From: Eledone cirrhosa
Taxonomy: Eukaryota
Direction: 5' to 3'
Assembly: GCA_964016885.1 (NCBI GenBank)
Contig: OZ024740.1
Coordinates: forward strand, 112,468,001 to 112,532,000
DNA: 64,000 bases
Below the pieces are notes generated by a model. It saw only the letters and a program-made list of their open reading frames with translations, was not told where the DNA came from and searched no databases. A program made the translations under genes and the position numbers. Below are positions 52,216-64,000 of this stretch, in pieces (the stretch's first letter is position 1; the number at the start of each line of letters is the position of its first letter).

Positions 52216-54192
52216 ACTACATTATTCATTATTTTATGAACTGTTAATTCATGATGGCCATTATAGTTGGGTGTACTGACGTTTCCTTTGATGTATACAC
52301 TATATAAATTATTTTGTCTCAGTTTGAATTCTTCTCCAATTCCTCCTTATTTAAAATTCCTTTCTTGAGACCCAAGTAATTCTGTTCAAAAATCACTAAT
52401 GTACCACCACTACCTGTAACTACTACAAAGTACTTCAGACTAATACATCTTGTAGCCATGTAGTTATCAACAGTCACACTATTGACAGTTTTGTTGCACA
52501 CAATAAGATGTACCACTGTCACCAGCATCACCAGAAACTATTTCAAATACTATAACTTGTAGCTATTTTGTTGACTCAAGTCTTAACAATCTGTAATGAT
52601 TTAGTAGAAAATATCTAAAGAATAAATTTGTTAATTCCAATGTTTATAGTATCTTTACTTCTTGACAGATCTTTGTAAGAATTTATTGTATTCCTGGATC
52701 GACATTAATTTTAATGTGATGCTGTCAAAGTAGTACTGTTTTCTCATTTTCAGGGACATCTGCTAATATGGTTTCATACACTACAGGATGTTAAAAGTTA
52801 ATAATCATAGTGTTGCAGATTTTGTTTCCCACAGTGATCTGATGTACTACCATCACAAACTACTTTAGGAAACTACACCTTGTAACTATCTGGTTGATTT
52901 TATGGTGTTGGAGGTTTGTCACACACAATAAGATATTATACCACCACTGCAAACTACTTTAGGGTGCTGCAGCTTGTAGCTATTCGATTCACTTAACCCT
53001 TTTGATACCAAACTGCCTGATGCCATGTAATATCAATGCTGTTTATCTATCTAAAAAGATAATTTTATGTAAGAACATTTATTAAGATCCAAACATCAGC
53101 TTAAATAATGAGAAAGTTGATTATTTAAAAAATTATTTGAGAGTCATAGCATTCACAGTGTTGATGGTTTTGTTTCACATAAACTAGTTCAGAAAACTAC
53201 AGCTTGTAGCTATCTGGTTCACTTCATACTCCATCTAATGCAGCCCTCATTTCATTCTTTTTTTGTTTATCTCTGAGGGTAGAAAATGTTAGTCTGACCC
53301 CCACATGCCTCTTGAATCCAATTTTATAGAGCCTACTAGAAATAACACCCCAAATCCATCAAATCCCACTCTACAATCTTAATATACATTATATAATATC
53401 ACCCTAAATATACAAAAGTATGGTATGTCCATGACTGAAATATTTTTGATCATATCTGCTTAGTTGAGGGCAACTAAGTTAAAAAACTACAAAAAATTGT
53501 GTTCAGTTCCTGCATGTTATAAGAAGAAACAAAGAGGATTAGTACCAGGAGGGCCTCCAGTCATATAAACATTGCCTCAGGAAATATCTGATGGGTCCTG
53601 CAAGCTAACCTCTGATTTAGGAAGAGGAAATGCTGGGTTGAATGGGTTTTACTGTCCCGTCATGATCCCAGCTCCATGTTATCTGGCCCACACACCAGCA
53701 AATAAATCCCAACCAACTTTGTTGTATATATCTATGAATTAAATTATTAACTGATAACACATATCACTTAGGTTTCTGGCAAACACATATGCATATTGCC
53801 AAGTCTGAGATTTGTAGAAAAGAAGGGAGGATCAAAGATTGTAAAATGTTCATATGACCAAGTCTTAGATTTATAGAAAAGGGTGTGATGTGAGATTGTC
53901 ATCACCATCATTGGTTTCTCTAGGTGTTGAGAATTTTGGTTCCATTGAATTTATCTATGTGTTCTAATATAAGCATATTTTAAGCCCTAATAGAACATTC
54001 ATGAGGACATTGAAATTAGAGCAAAGTTGGGTTCAAGAATCCTTGTTGTTGGCCTGCTTTCCTCCAATGATTTTTCATTCTGTCAGTCTCCTCTTTTTGG
54101 TTACTTTTGAAGAGGTCATGTCGATTGTGACATTTTTGCCCCAGAGCAGTCACTCTAATGCATCAAAAATTCACTAGGAAACTAAATATTAA

Positions 54193-54436
54193 CCCTTTTG
54201 ATATCAAACTGTTTGAAACCATATCTGGTTTAATGAGGCAAGGCTGTTACTTTTCAAGGAGTTATATTTATCTAAAAACTTTACATCATAATTATATGCA
54301 AGAACCTTTGCTTAGCTATATTCCAAACAATAATGAGGAGGTTCCATTACTAAATCCTTTAAAATTCTTGATTATTTTCAAAATGATTTGAAAATTATAG
54401 GCAGTGTCTTTCATCAGAAATGTAGTAAGGAAAGAG
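54193..54436. mobile_element. TTAA-flanked piggyBac-like MITE; degraded relatives at about 9910-10330, 52995-53140 and 56570-56897
   Basis: ttaa-cccttttg ... gaaagag-ttaa. Confidence 0.6.
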
Positions 54437-54950
54437 TTAAAGATAGGAGATTGTAGAATGGCACAAGACTAGAGGTAAGACAAGGATGTTGATGGCACCA
54501 AATGTTAGTTTTATAGAAGAGGAGGAAGTATGAGAGTGTTTATATTTTCTGATATGTGTTAGTAATATAAATATGGTGCAGGCATAGCTATGTGGTTATG
54601 GTGTTCGCTTCACAACCATGTGATTCTGGGTTCAGACGCACTGTGCAGCTCCATGGGCAAGTGTCTTCTACTAGAGCCTTATGTTCACTAAATACTTTGT
54701 GAGTAGAATTTGGTAGCTAAAAACTGCATCGTGTGTGTGTTTATGTCCCATAATGTATATTTCAGTAAAAAAATATATTGATGAAATAAATTATCTGACT
54801 TGAAAAAGAAAATAAGTACTGGAGTCAATATGATTCCACTAAATCAAGGTGATGCCCCAGCATGGCCTGCAATCTAATGACTGAAACTAATAAAAAAAAT
54901 ATCGAAGATGTGGAACACTCAGTCTATACAACTAGTTTTTATATATTATT

Positions 54951-55349
54951 GGGGATTGGCAGTATCGGTAGAGGGTTGGACGCCATGCTTTGACGCATAG
55001 AGTTACTGCCCTTGCCATTCTGAGTTCAAATCCCGCCAAGGTTAACTTTGCCTTTCATCCTTACGGGGTCGATAAAATAAAGTACCAGTAATACACTGGG
55101 TAATTGCTGGCCTTGTGTCAAAAGTAGAAACAATTATTAAATTTAGTATTGGTAGACCGTTGAACGCCATGCTTTGCAGCGTAGAGTTAGGTCCCTTTGC
55201 ATTCTGAGTTCAAATCCAGCCGAGGCTGGCTTTGCCTTTCATCCTGATGTGGTCGATAAAATAAAGTACCAGTTGGACGCTGTGGTCGATTTGATCAACA
55301 ATCCCCTCCCCCAAATTGGTGACCTTGTGCCTATAGTAGAAATCATTAT
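54951..55349 (+). mobile_element. Two tandem S1-type SINEs
   Basis: B-box gagttcaaatcc and conserved body in both copies. Confidence 0.88.
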
Positions 55350-55470
55350 CATATTCAATACTACAATGAAGACATGATTCAGAGAAACACATGAATATGT
55401 TGAGTTCACTCAACTAAACATGCATCCTTGTGTTTTTTCGAGTTGTCTTCATTGCAGTATTGAATCTAAT

Positions 55471-55560
<90 letters not shown>

Positions 55561-57249
55561 AATATTGCTAAATGACATGGAAAAACAGAATTAGCTGACA
55601 AGGGTGCTTTATCTTTCTTTTAAATCACACATAGGAGAGAATCTAGTTTGTTTGGGTTCAAATCATTTTGCCAATACAATGTAAAGAATAAAAAAATATA
55701 ACCCTTAAAATGCTTCTAAAACCAACAAAAAGTATTTAAAACAACACAACTAACAAACACACAAACCCATCCATACAGATGCTAATCTTTGTGTCAATCT
55801 GTAAAAATATCAGAGAAAACTGGTCAAAAGTTGAACATCTGTTACTGCTAGTGTTGGAGGTTGGTGGTGCTTCTACTGCAATCAATCATTATCATAAGCT
55901 GGTGGGGGTGAGAGTTTATGGTGATAGTGGCTATCACCACAGCTACAGAATACTAAAACCTAACCACTCCATTTTCCTACTATACTTGCTGTAGTGAACC
56001 CTTTGTTGCAAGTTTATATATACATACTACATATATAGTATGTACAGCTTTGACAATGTCTGAAGATCATTTTTAGATAAAACAAGCAAGGAAGTGGAGA
56101 GAGAGAAGGAGAAAGTGGGGAAGAGATTTTTTTTATATCTGTTAACTTCATTTATTTATATATTTATATATTGATAAAACTTACCACTTACTGGTTACTT
56201 GGTTCTATATGTGTCTTTTGTCCTATATCAAGAGTCAGCTAGTTATCTGTTTATGATCAACCATTCCTCTTTACTTTTTTTTATTTTTTTTTGTTTTTTT
56301 TGTTTTTTTGTTTTTTTGTTTCTACATGTTTAGTGGTGGTGGGTTCTAACTTGAGATATTTGTATAAATTGCTGGAGCAGATGTGGTCTCCCCATCATCA
56401 CCACATTCATCCATCCATCCAGCTATCTTCTGCTTTGTAAACACTTTTATAGAAGGATCTTAGATATTAAGCACTGGACCTCAACTTCCTTAGATTAGCT
56501 AAGGCTAGAGAGATAGATAGCTAACCACTAATTCTTCCAGGCATTCTTAGATGGGTTATTTGTGGGGTTTAACTCTTTTACCATATGTCTAATGAAATCA
56601 CTGCCTATAATTTCCAAATCATTTTGAATATAAAGAATTTGGTGGGATTTGGTAATATAACTAATTTTTTAATTATTTATCTGGTGCTTGGTTGTTCCAG
56701 AGCATTAGCCTCGCCATCACCCGAGGCAATGCTGCGAGTGTACTGGCTTGCCTCAAAAATCATTAGAGAGGTTGCCCACTACCCCACGCTGCTGTCTTTT
56801 ACTCTGGTGTTGGCTCAGTTGTTCACAAAAGTTCTTACATAAAATTACATTGAAAGATTGTAAATATTTTAAAACAAGTTTTGTATTAAAAGGGCTAAAA
56901 CAATAGTTTTCAGAAACTTAGGCCACATTTCTCCCAACCTTGAATCATCACCCAATCACCATATTAAAAGAAGAAAGCTGAGTAAGACAAGCACATTCAA
57001 TTACATACCACAACAGGGGTCATTGGTATTTCCCTTCTAAAAATGTTTGTCACACATGATAGCAAGGCTAGGATGCTGGAATAACCAAGCATTAGGATTG
57101 CTGGAATAACCAAGCATCCTCACCAACATCACCTGATGTCAGTATAGTGAGTCTCCAATACTGACTGACAAGAACCTCATTGCCAGTGACCCAGCTCCCC
57201 AAAACACCTCCAAATAGTTTGCCAATAATTCCTGATATTTGAAAGATAT

Positions 57250-57560
57250 ATTCTTTTAATGTTACAATATTAAAGAAAATGTAAAGGAAGGGGTGAACAA
57301 CTGAGCCAACACCAGAGTAAAAGACAGCAGCGTGGGGTACTGGGCAACCTCTCTAATGATTTTTGAGGCAAGCCAGTACACTCGCAGCATTGCCTCGGGT
57401 GATGGCGAGGCTAATGCTCTGGAACAACCAAGCACCATCGCGAGATTCACCAGTTACCTCTATTAGGCGAGCCGCCAGTGAAGAGAGGAACCTCGCAATC
57501 AGCGGCCCGACTACCCCAAACGTCTCGAAAGCCACAGGCTGAAAAATGTAGCTGGCCAGC
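57250..57560 (-). mobile_element. 3' end of a restriction-like-endonuclease non-LTR retrotransposon (CRE-like)
   Basis: Translation FQPVAFETFGVVG...FLSSLAARL...TG...WLFQSISLAITRGNAASVL* fits the F.P...ET.G..G and Q.IS.A..RGNA C-terminal pattern of RLE-bearing elements. Confidence 0.7.
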
Positions 57561-57802
57561 TACATTTTTAGAATTTAATTCCATTTGTCTACAGATGCAG
57601 TGGCCTTTATCTTTATAGACGCCATTATTCCCTCTATACTGCTTCTGTTGCTTCATCATCATACTGTTTCTGCAATCTGTTCTATTTTTCATTCCTTATA
57701 ACAATAATAATTTTCTTTTACCACCATTTCTGTTTGTCTCTTTACAAAAACTATTTGGTGCTACTTTAGCATATGGTCTACTGTAGTATTCATTGATTGC
57801 GC

Positions 57803-58253
57803 CAGCATTTCTCAACTGGTGTTCCCTGAAACCATAGGGTTCTGCAAGAGCTTGCTAGGGGTTCCTAGAAACAGTAATGAGCTAATACATTTTTGAGTGA
57901 TTATTGTTTAATTCTATATTCGTAATTTTACCATATACATATGGCAAAAAGGCAAAAATATAAAAGAGATAGATATTAATAATTGTTTCTACTTTTTGGC
58001 ACAAGGCCAGCAATTACCCCAGTACATTACTGGTACTTTTTTGTTTTAACGTCGGCGGGATTTGAACCCAGACTGTAAAGCGCCGTAACTATGCTTCAAA
58101 GCATGGCATCCAACCCTTTACTGATACTGCCAATCCACCGACTCTCTACCGATACTGCCAATAATTATATATAATTATTATTATGCAGGGGTTCCCTGAG
58201 ACATGAACACTATTTCAAGGGTCCCACAAAGGTAAAAAGTTTGAGAAACACTG
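57803..58253. mobile_element. hAT-Charlie-like MITE with a nested minus-strand S1 SINE (about 57980-58160)
   Basis: Ends cagcatttctcaac / gtttgagaaacactg. No clear TSD. Confidence 0.65.
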
Positions 58254-58355
58254 GTCTATACAGTGTACAACTCTCTTGTCTACTGAGAAATAAATGATAT
58301 TAAGTGATTTAAAGGCAAATTATATCAGTTATGTAGCACCAATTAATTTCATCAT

Positions 58356-58997
58356 AATTGTTTCTATGTTAGGCACAAGGCCAGCAATTTCCCAGTGTAT
58401 TACTGGTACTTTATTTTATCGACCCCGTAAGGATGAAAGGCAAAGTTAACCTCGGCGGGATTTGAACTCAGAATGGCAAGGGCCGTAACTCTATGCGCCA
58501 AAGCATGGCATCCGACACTCTACCAATACTGCCTATCCACCGATACTTTATTTTATCGACCCTGTAAGGATGAAAGTCAAAGTTAACCTTGGCGGGATTT
58601 GAACTCAGACCGCAAAGGGCCGTAACTCTATGCTAAAAGCAATCCACTGCCCTTAATGAATTTCATCATAATTGTTTCTACTTTGGCACAAGGCCAGCAA
58701 TTATCCCAGTGCATTACTGGTACTTTATTTTATCGACCCCGTAAGGATGAAAGGCAAAGTTAACCTCGGCGGGATTTGAACTCAGATAATAAAGGGAGAA
58801 GCATCATAATTGTTTCTACTTTAGGCACAAGGCCAGCAATTATCCAGTGCATTACTGGTACTTTATTTTATCGACCCCGTAAGGATGAAAGGCAAAGTCA
58901 ACCTCGGCGGGATTTGAACTCAGATCGTAAAGGGACGTAACTATGCTGCAAAGCATGGCGTCCGACCCTCTACCGATACTGCCAATCCACCGCCCCA
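58356..58997 (-). mobile_element. Pile-up of four S1 SINE copies
   Basis: Four reverse-complement bodies with repeated catcataattgtttcta junctions. Confidence 0.9.
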
Positions 58998-59227
58998 AGA
59001 AGCATCATAATGATAACTATTTAGCATTTTTTCCCATGATTTTGATTTTGATAATTGACTATTTCATCACCATATTTCTAATGAAAGATACTGCCTAGCA
59101 TTCGGAATATAGCTAAGTTTTTAATTATTCATCTGGAGCATAACTTAACCGAGGCTCTTATGTACAATTATGATGGAAGAGTTTAAGATAAATATAAACA
59201 CTTTAAAACAAACAGTTTTGTGTCATA

Positions 59228-59417
59228 CAGGGGTTGACTGAAAAGTTCATAGGATGACTAAGATATTTTCAGGGATTGACAAAATAAAGTTTATTTTTCA
59301 ACATAGTCCCTAGAAAGAAACAATTAATAAGAAGCGTTGAAATTACTGCACACAAGATTTCACAGCTCTAGCATCACTCCTTCATAGTCCACCTATGAAC
59401 TTTTCAGCCGGCCCTTG
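59228..59417. mobile_element. Tc1/mariner MITE
   Basis: TA flanks and TIRs caggggttgactgaaaagttcatagg / cctatgaacttttcagccggcccttg. Confidence 0.8.
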
Positions 59418-60409
59418 TAGAACCCAGGGATAGTTTCAGGCTATAGTCTTAAAAGAGTTAATCTTCATTTTCCCTGATATATTACTACTACTTCACTGTT
59501 TCTTCATCACTGAAACAATTATTTAATTTACCAATCCTTCCCTGCTATTACCAGCATCACTACAACTCTATCACCAGCTGCTTACAATACCAATCAATCT
59601 GACCCTACACACCACACCTAACCTTCCATCTTACCTGTACTATCTTACCTGTACCATCTATATCATTCTGACCCTACTGTACCTAAAGCTTCCACTAACA
59701 GTCTGACTTCACCACACCTAAACCTTCCTCTCCACCCTCTATCAACCTCACCTCACAGCCTAGCACAATACCTAACTCTTTCACCTTACCTGTACCATTA
59801 ACTTGAACCAACAGCCCAGTACATTAACTTGAACTAACTACCCCAGCACATCTAAAACTATCATCCTACCTGTACCACCATTAATCTAATCTCACTCACC
59901 TCTACCACACTTAATCATCCTGTCCCTCCTTTCTCCCTCTCTCCTCCTCTGCCATCACACACCTCAACCATTTCAGTGTGAGATTATGAAGACCATACAA
60001 TGGTGAAGCCCTCTATATTATATAAATAAACACTGAAAGTTCTGACTAATAAACAGGAGAGGAGACTAGGTTGTCTTTAATTGATGCATGAATTAGACTG
60101 GGTGCGGGTAGGGCAAGGGGGGGTGTAGGGAGGTGAGGTCATGAGGTTTGAGAGTAAGCAAAATAGATGAGGAGGGGGTATTGAAGTGATACAGGTGAGG
60201 CTGGGGGAAAAGAAGGGAACAATGTTTAGTGGATGGGAGAGATATTATTTATATTAATCTTTTTTTTTTTTAAATTGTGTTATATCTTTAGTGTATAAGA
60301 TATAGTTGTCACAGTTATTATATTATTACCATAGTTACAGTAGTAGTAGTAGTGGTGGTGGTAGTTGTTATAGTTGTAGTAGTAGTAGCAGCAATAGCAG
60401 TTGTTGTTA

Positions 60410-60455
<46 letters not shown>

Positions 60456-60782
60456 TGTTGTTGTGACCATCATCAGTGATGTTGTCTGTTGTTTGAAAGC
60501 AATGGAGGAGATTCTGAGATTTTGCACTCAATGAATTTCAAGAGAGGGGGGGGGGTATGAGGAAGCAAGAGAGGGATTCAGGAAGAGAGAGAGAGAGAGA
60601 TAGAGGGAGGAGGGGTCAGGAATAACCATTAAAATAGAAATAATAATAAAACCAATAAATAAATATTATCAGAGAAAGAAGCAATATTAAATTAATTTTA
60701 AGGAAGGTGGGGGTTTGATAAATGAACATAAATCAATAATGTCCTGCTGCTGTTGTTACTACTACCACCACCCAAACCACCA

Positions 60783-61197
60783 AGGGTCGGACGCCATGCT
60801 TTAACGCATAGAGTTACGGCCCTTGCCATTCTGAGTTCAAATCCCGCCAAGGTTAACTTTGCCTTTCATCCTTACGGGGTCGATAAAATAAGATACCAGT
60901 AATGCACTGGGAAAATTGCTGGCCTTGTGCTAAAAGTAGAAACAATTATTACTACTACTAATAATAATAATTTCTACTATAAGCACAAGGCCAGCAATTT
61001 GGGGGGAGGGGAAAGTCGATTAAATCGACCCCAGTGCATTACTGGTGCTTTACTTTATCGAGCCCGTAAGGATGAAAAGCAAAGCTAATCTTGGCAGGAT
61101 TTGAACTCAGATTGTAAAGGGGCGTAACTCTATGTGACAAAGCAGAGTGCCCAATGCTCTACCATCACTACCACCACTGCTACTGCTACTATTGTTG

Positions 61198-61228
<31 letters not shown>

Positions 61229-61443
61229 TATACCACCACTATCACAACACTATGGTGGATTGGCAGTATTGGTAGAGGGTCAGATGCCATGCTTTGCAGC
61301 AAAGAGTTACGGCCCTTTATGGTCAGAGTTCAAATCCCGCCGAGGTTAACTTTGCCTTTCATCCTTACGGGGTCAATAAAATAAAGTACTAGTAATACAC
61401 TGGGTAATTGCTGGCCTTGTGCCTAACGTAGAAACAATTATTA
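60783..61443. mobile_element. S1 SINEs: + (60783-60950), - (60970-61160), + (61253-61443)
   Basis: Conserved bodies in alternating orientation. Confidence 0.88.
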
Positions 61444-61656
61444 CTACTACTACTACTACTTTGCTGATCACATGGATGTTATCCAACCATCTTGCTCAAA
61501 GTCTATCCCTGGGTCTCCTGTGGTTGATTTTACCCATAAAATTTGTCCAGTGATTCTTCCCTGAAACATTCTAATCACCCACCCCCTCTCAAGAGTGAAC
61601 CTAATACTAACACTTTGTACTGCACTCTTCGCTTTGTTTTTGTTTTCTGTTGTAAG

Positions 61657-61692
<36 letters not shown>

Positions 61693-62569
61693 ATATTAAA
61701 TAAATGGAAACTATATTTATAAAACCATATTTATTTTATTATATATATTTTAAGGGCAACCAAGACAACATTGGTATGCTTTCATCAGATAAAATACAAA
61801 GTTTGTTTTATAAATAGACATACCTATGAAAATCATACCTTATCGGTTTGAAATTCACTGGATAGTGGAAATATATTAGGGATTTTTCAAACTTATGTGT
61901 GAATATGCAAATGAATATGTAAATAATTGAAAAACAACCGTTTATTTAAACGACTATAGTTTCCATTTATTTAATATCATTGAATATTTACTCCAGTAAC
62001 TTGTTGAGTGCTCTAAATCAGTTATAAACATTTATATTTGTCGGACTTCCAACAAATTAAAGACCCCTTCTACTTATATATATATGTACACATTCACACA
62101 CACACACACACATATATATATATACACAAAAAACACCCAGTGCTCACTGTAAATGAGGTTTGTATTAGGAAGGGCATCAAGCTATAAAAACCAAGCCAAA
62201 GTCAGTTCTGTATGAGCAAAACATGGTCACTTGACCTGGCATTGCCCACTACAGGACAACTCGTTTAACCCATTCATCCTTCTTTCAAAGGTGAAGCATT
62301 CATTTTGCTTTATCTAATGGCCAGAATAAATGTGGCTCACCACTCCTGCACACTCATAGATTTCTCCACTAACTGGAGCAGTTTTGTCAACCCATTATTT
62401 AATTAATTTTTGATCATCAGCAAAGTCACTGGTGTTCATGATGCCAAGATCATCTAATTAAACGGATGATTGTTGCGAGAGCTACTGCTTACTATAAGAT
62501 AAGCATGATTTTTATTGAGACTTATATATAACCACACATACCGAAAATATGACTTAGTAGCCGTACTAA

Positions 62570-62758
62570 TAATTGTTTCTACTTTTGGCACAAGGCCAGA
62601 AATTATTTCAGTGTATTACTGGTACTTTATTTTATCGACCGCGTAAGGATGAAAGGCAAAGTTAACCTTGGCGGGATTTGAACTCAGAATGGCAAGGGCC
62701 GTAACTCTTTGCTGCAAACCATGGCATCAGACCCTTTACCGATACTGCCAATCCACCG
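62570..62758 (-). mobile_element. S1 SINE with TSD (gtagccgtactaataat)
   Basis: Full reverse-complement copy. The flank is duplicated on both sides. Confidence 0.9.
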
Positions 62759-62794
62759 TAGCCGTACTAATAATATTACCGGAAATATGCATAT

Positions 62795-64000
62795 ACCATC
62801 CACTATAACATGACTTAGTATCAACACTAATGATATTACCTCCAAAACCATTTATATACCATCCACTATAACATGACTTAGTATCAACACTAATGATATT
62901 AACTCCAAAACCATTTATATATCATCCACTATAACACGACTTAGTATCAACACTAATGATATTACCTCCAAAACCATTTATATACTATCCACTATAACAC
63001 GACTTAGTATCAACACTAATGATATTACCTCCAAAACCATTTATATACTATCCACTATAACATGACTTAGTATCAACACTAATGATATTACCTCCAAAAC
63101 CATTTATATACCATCCACTATAACATGACTTAGTATCAACACTAATGATATTAACTCCAAAACCATTTATATATCATCCACTATAACATGACTTAGTATC
63201 AACACTAATGATATTACCTCCAAAACCATTTATATACTATCCACTATAACACGACTTAGTATCAACACTAATGATATTACCTCCAAAACCATTTATATAC
63301 CATCCACTATAACATGACTTAGTATCAACACTAATGATATTACATCCAAAACCATTTATATACCATCCACTATAACATGACTTAGTATCAACACTAATGA
63401 TATTACCTCCAAAACCATTTATATACTATCCACTATAACATGACTTAGTATCAACACTAATGATAGTACCTCCAAAACCATTTATATACCATCCACTATA
63501 ACACGACTTAGAATCAACACTAATGATATTACCTCCAAAACCATTTATATACTATCCACTATAACACGACTTAGTATCAAAACTAATGATATTACCTCCA
63601 AAACCATTTATATACCATCCACTATAACACGACTTAGTATCAACACTAATGATATTACCTCCAAAACCATTTATATACCATCCACTATAACATGACTTAG
63701 TATCAACACTAATGATATTACCTCCAAAACCATTTATATACCATCCACTATAACACGACTTAGTATCAACACTAATGATATTACCTCCAAAACCATTTAT
63801 ATACCATCCACTATAACACGACTTAGTATCAACACTAATGATATTACCTCCAAAACCATTTATATACCATCCACTATAACATGACTTAGTATTAACACTA
63901 ATGATATTACCTCCAAAACCATTTATATACCATCCACTATAACATGACTTAGTATCAACACTAATGATATTACCTCCAAAACCATTTATATACCATCCAC
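62795..64000. repeat. 63-bp tandem repeat (ccactataacatgacttagtatcaacactaatgatattacctccaaaaccatttatataccat), about 19 copies, continuing past the window end
   Basis: Highly homogeneous units, read directly. Confidence 0.96.

Noticed and set aside
62795-64000. Possible coding repeat (63 bp = 21 codons; one minus frame reads WYINGFGGNIISVDTKSCYSG)
   Set aside because: Common unit variants introduce TAG/TGA in that frame, and there is no start or splice support.

Overview
AT-rich eukaryotic genomic DNA, saturated with microsatellites and transposons. The repeat families and composition suggest an octopod cephalopod (inference, not verified). Almost all of the window reads as intronic or intergenic. 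The one clear host exon is a 96-nt, phase-0/0 exon at 46867-46962 (+) encoding part of a PDZ domain of the PDZRN3/PDZRN4/PDZD4 family. The dominant element is an RTE-clade LINE. One copy is near full length (APE endonuclease + RT, 16369-19489) and is broken only by one extra G in a G5 run; several others are 5'-truncated. The most striking observation is a canonical C4HC3 PHD finger inserted inside the reverse transcriptase between motifs 6 and 7, conserved largely through synonymous changes across subfamilies. Also present: two tRNA-derived SINE families (one with a chimeric tail from two RTE subfamilies seen here), a minisatellite resembling the LINE 3'UTR repeat unit, Penelope-type remnants with minimal hammerhead-like motifs, Tc1/mariner-, pogo-, hAT- and piggyBac-type MITEs, Helitron-like ends, a CRE-like LINE end with a local inverted copy, many palindromes, and a candidate spliced antisense transcript near 36 kb. 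No CRISPR array and no prokaryotic genes. Repeat boundaries were read by eye and are approximate.
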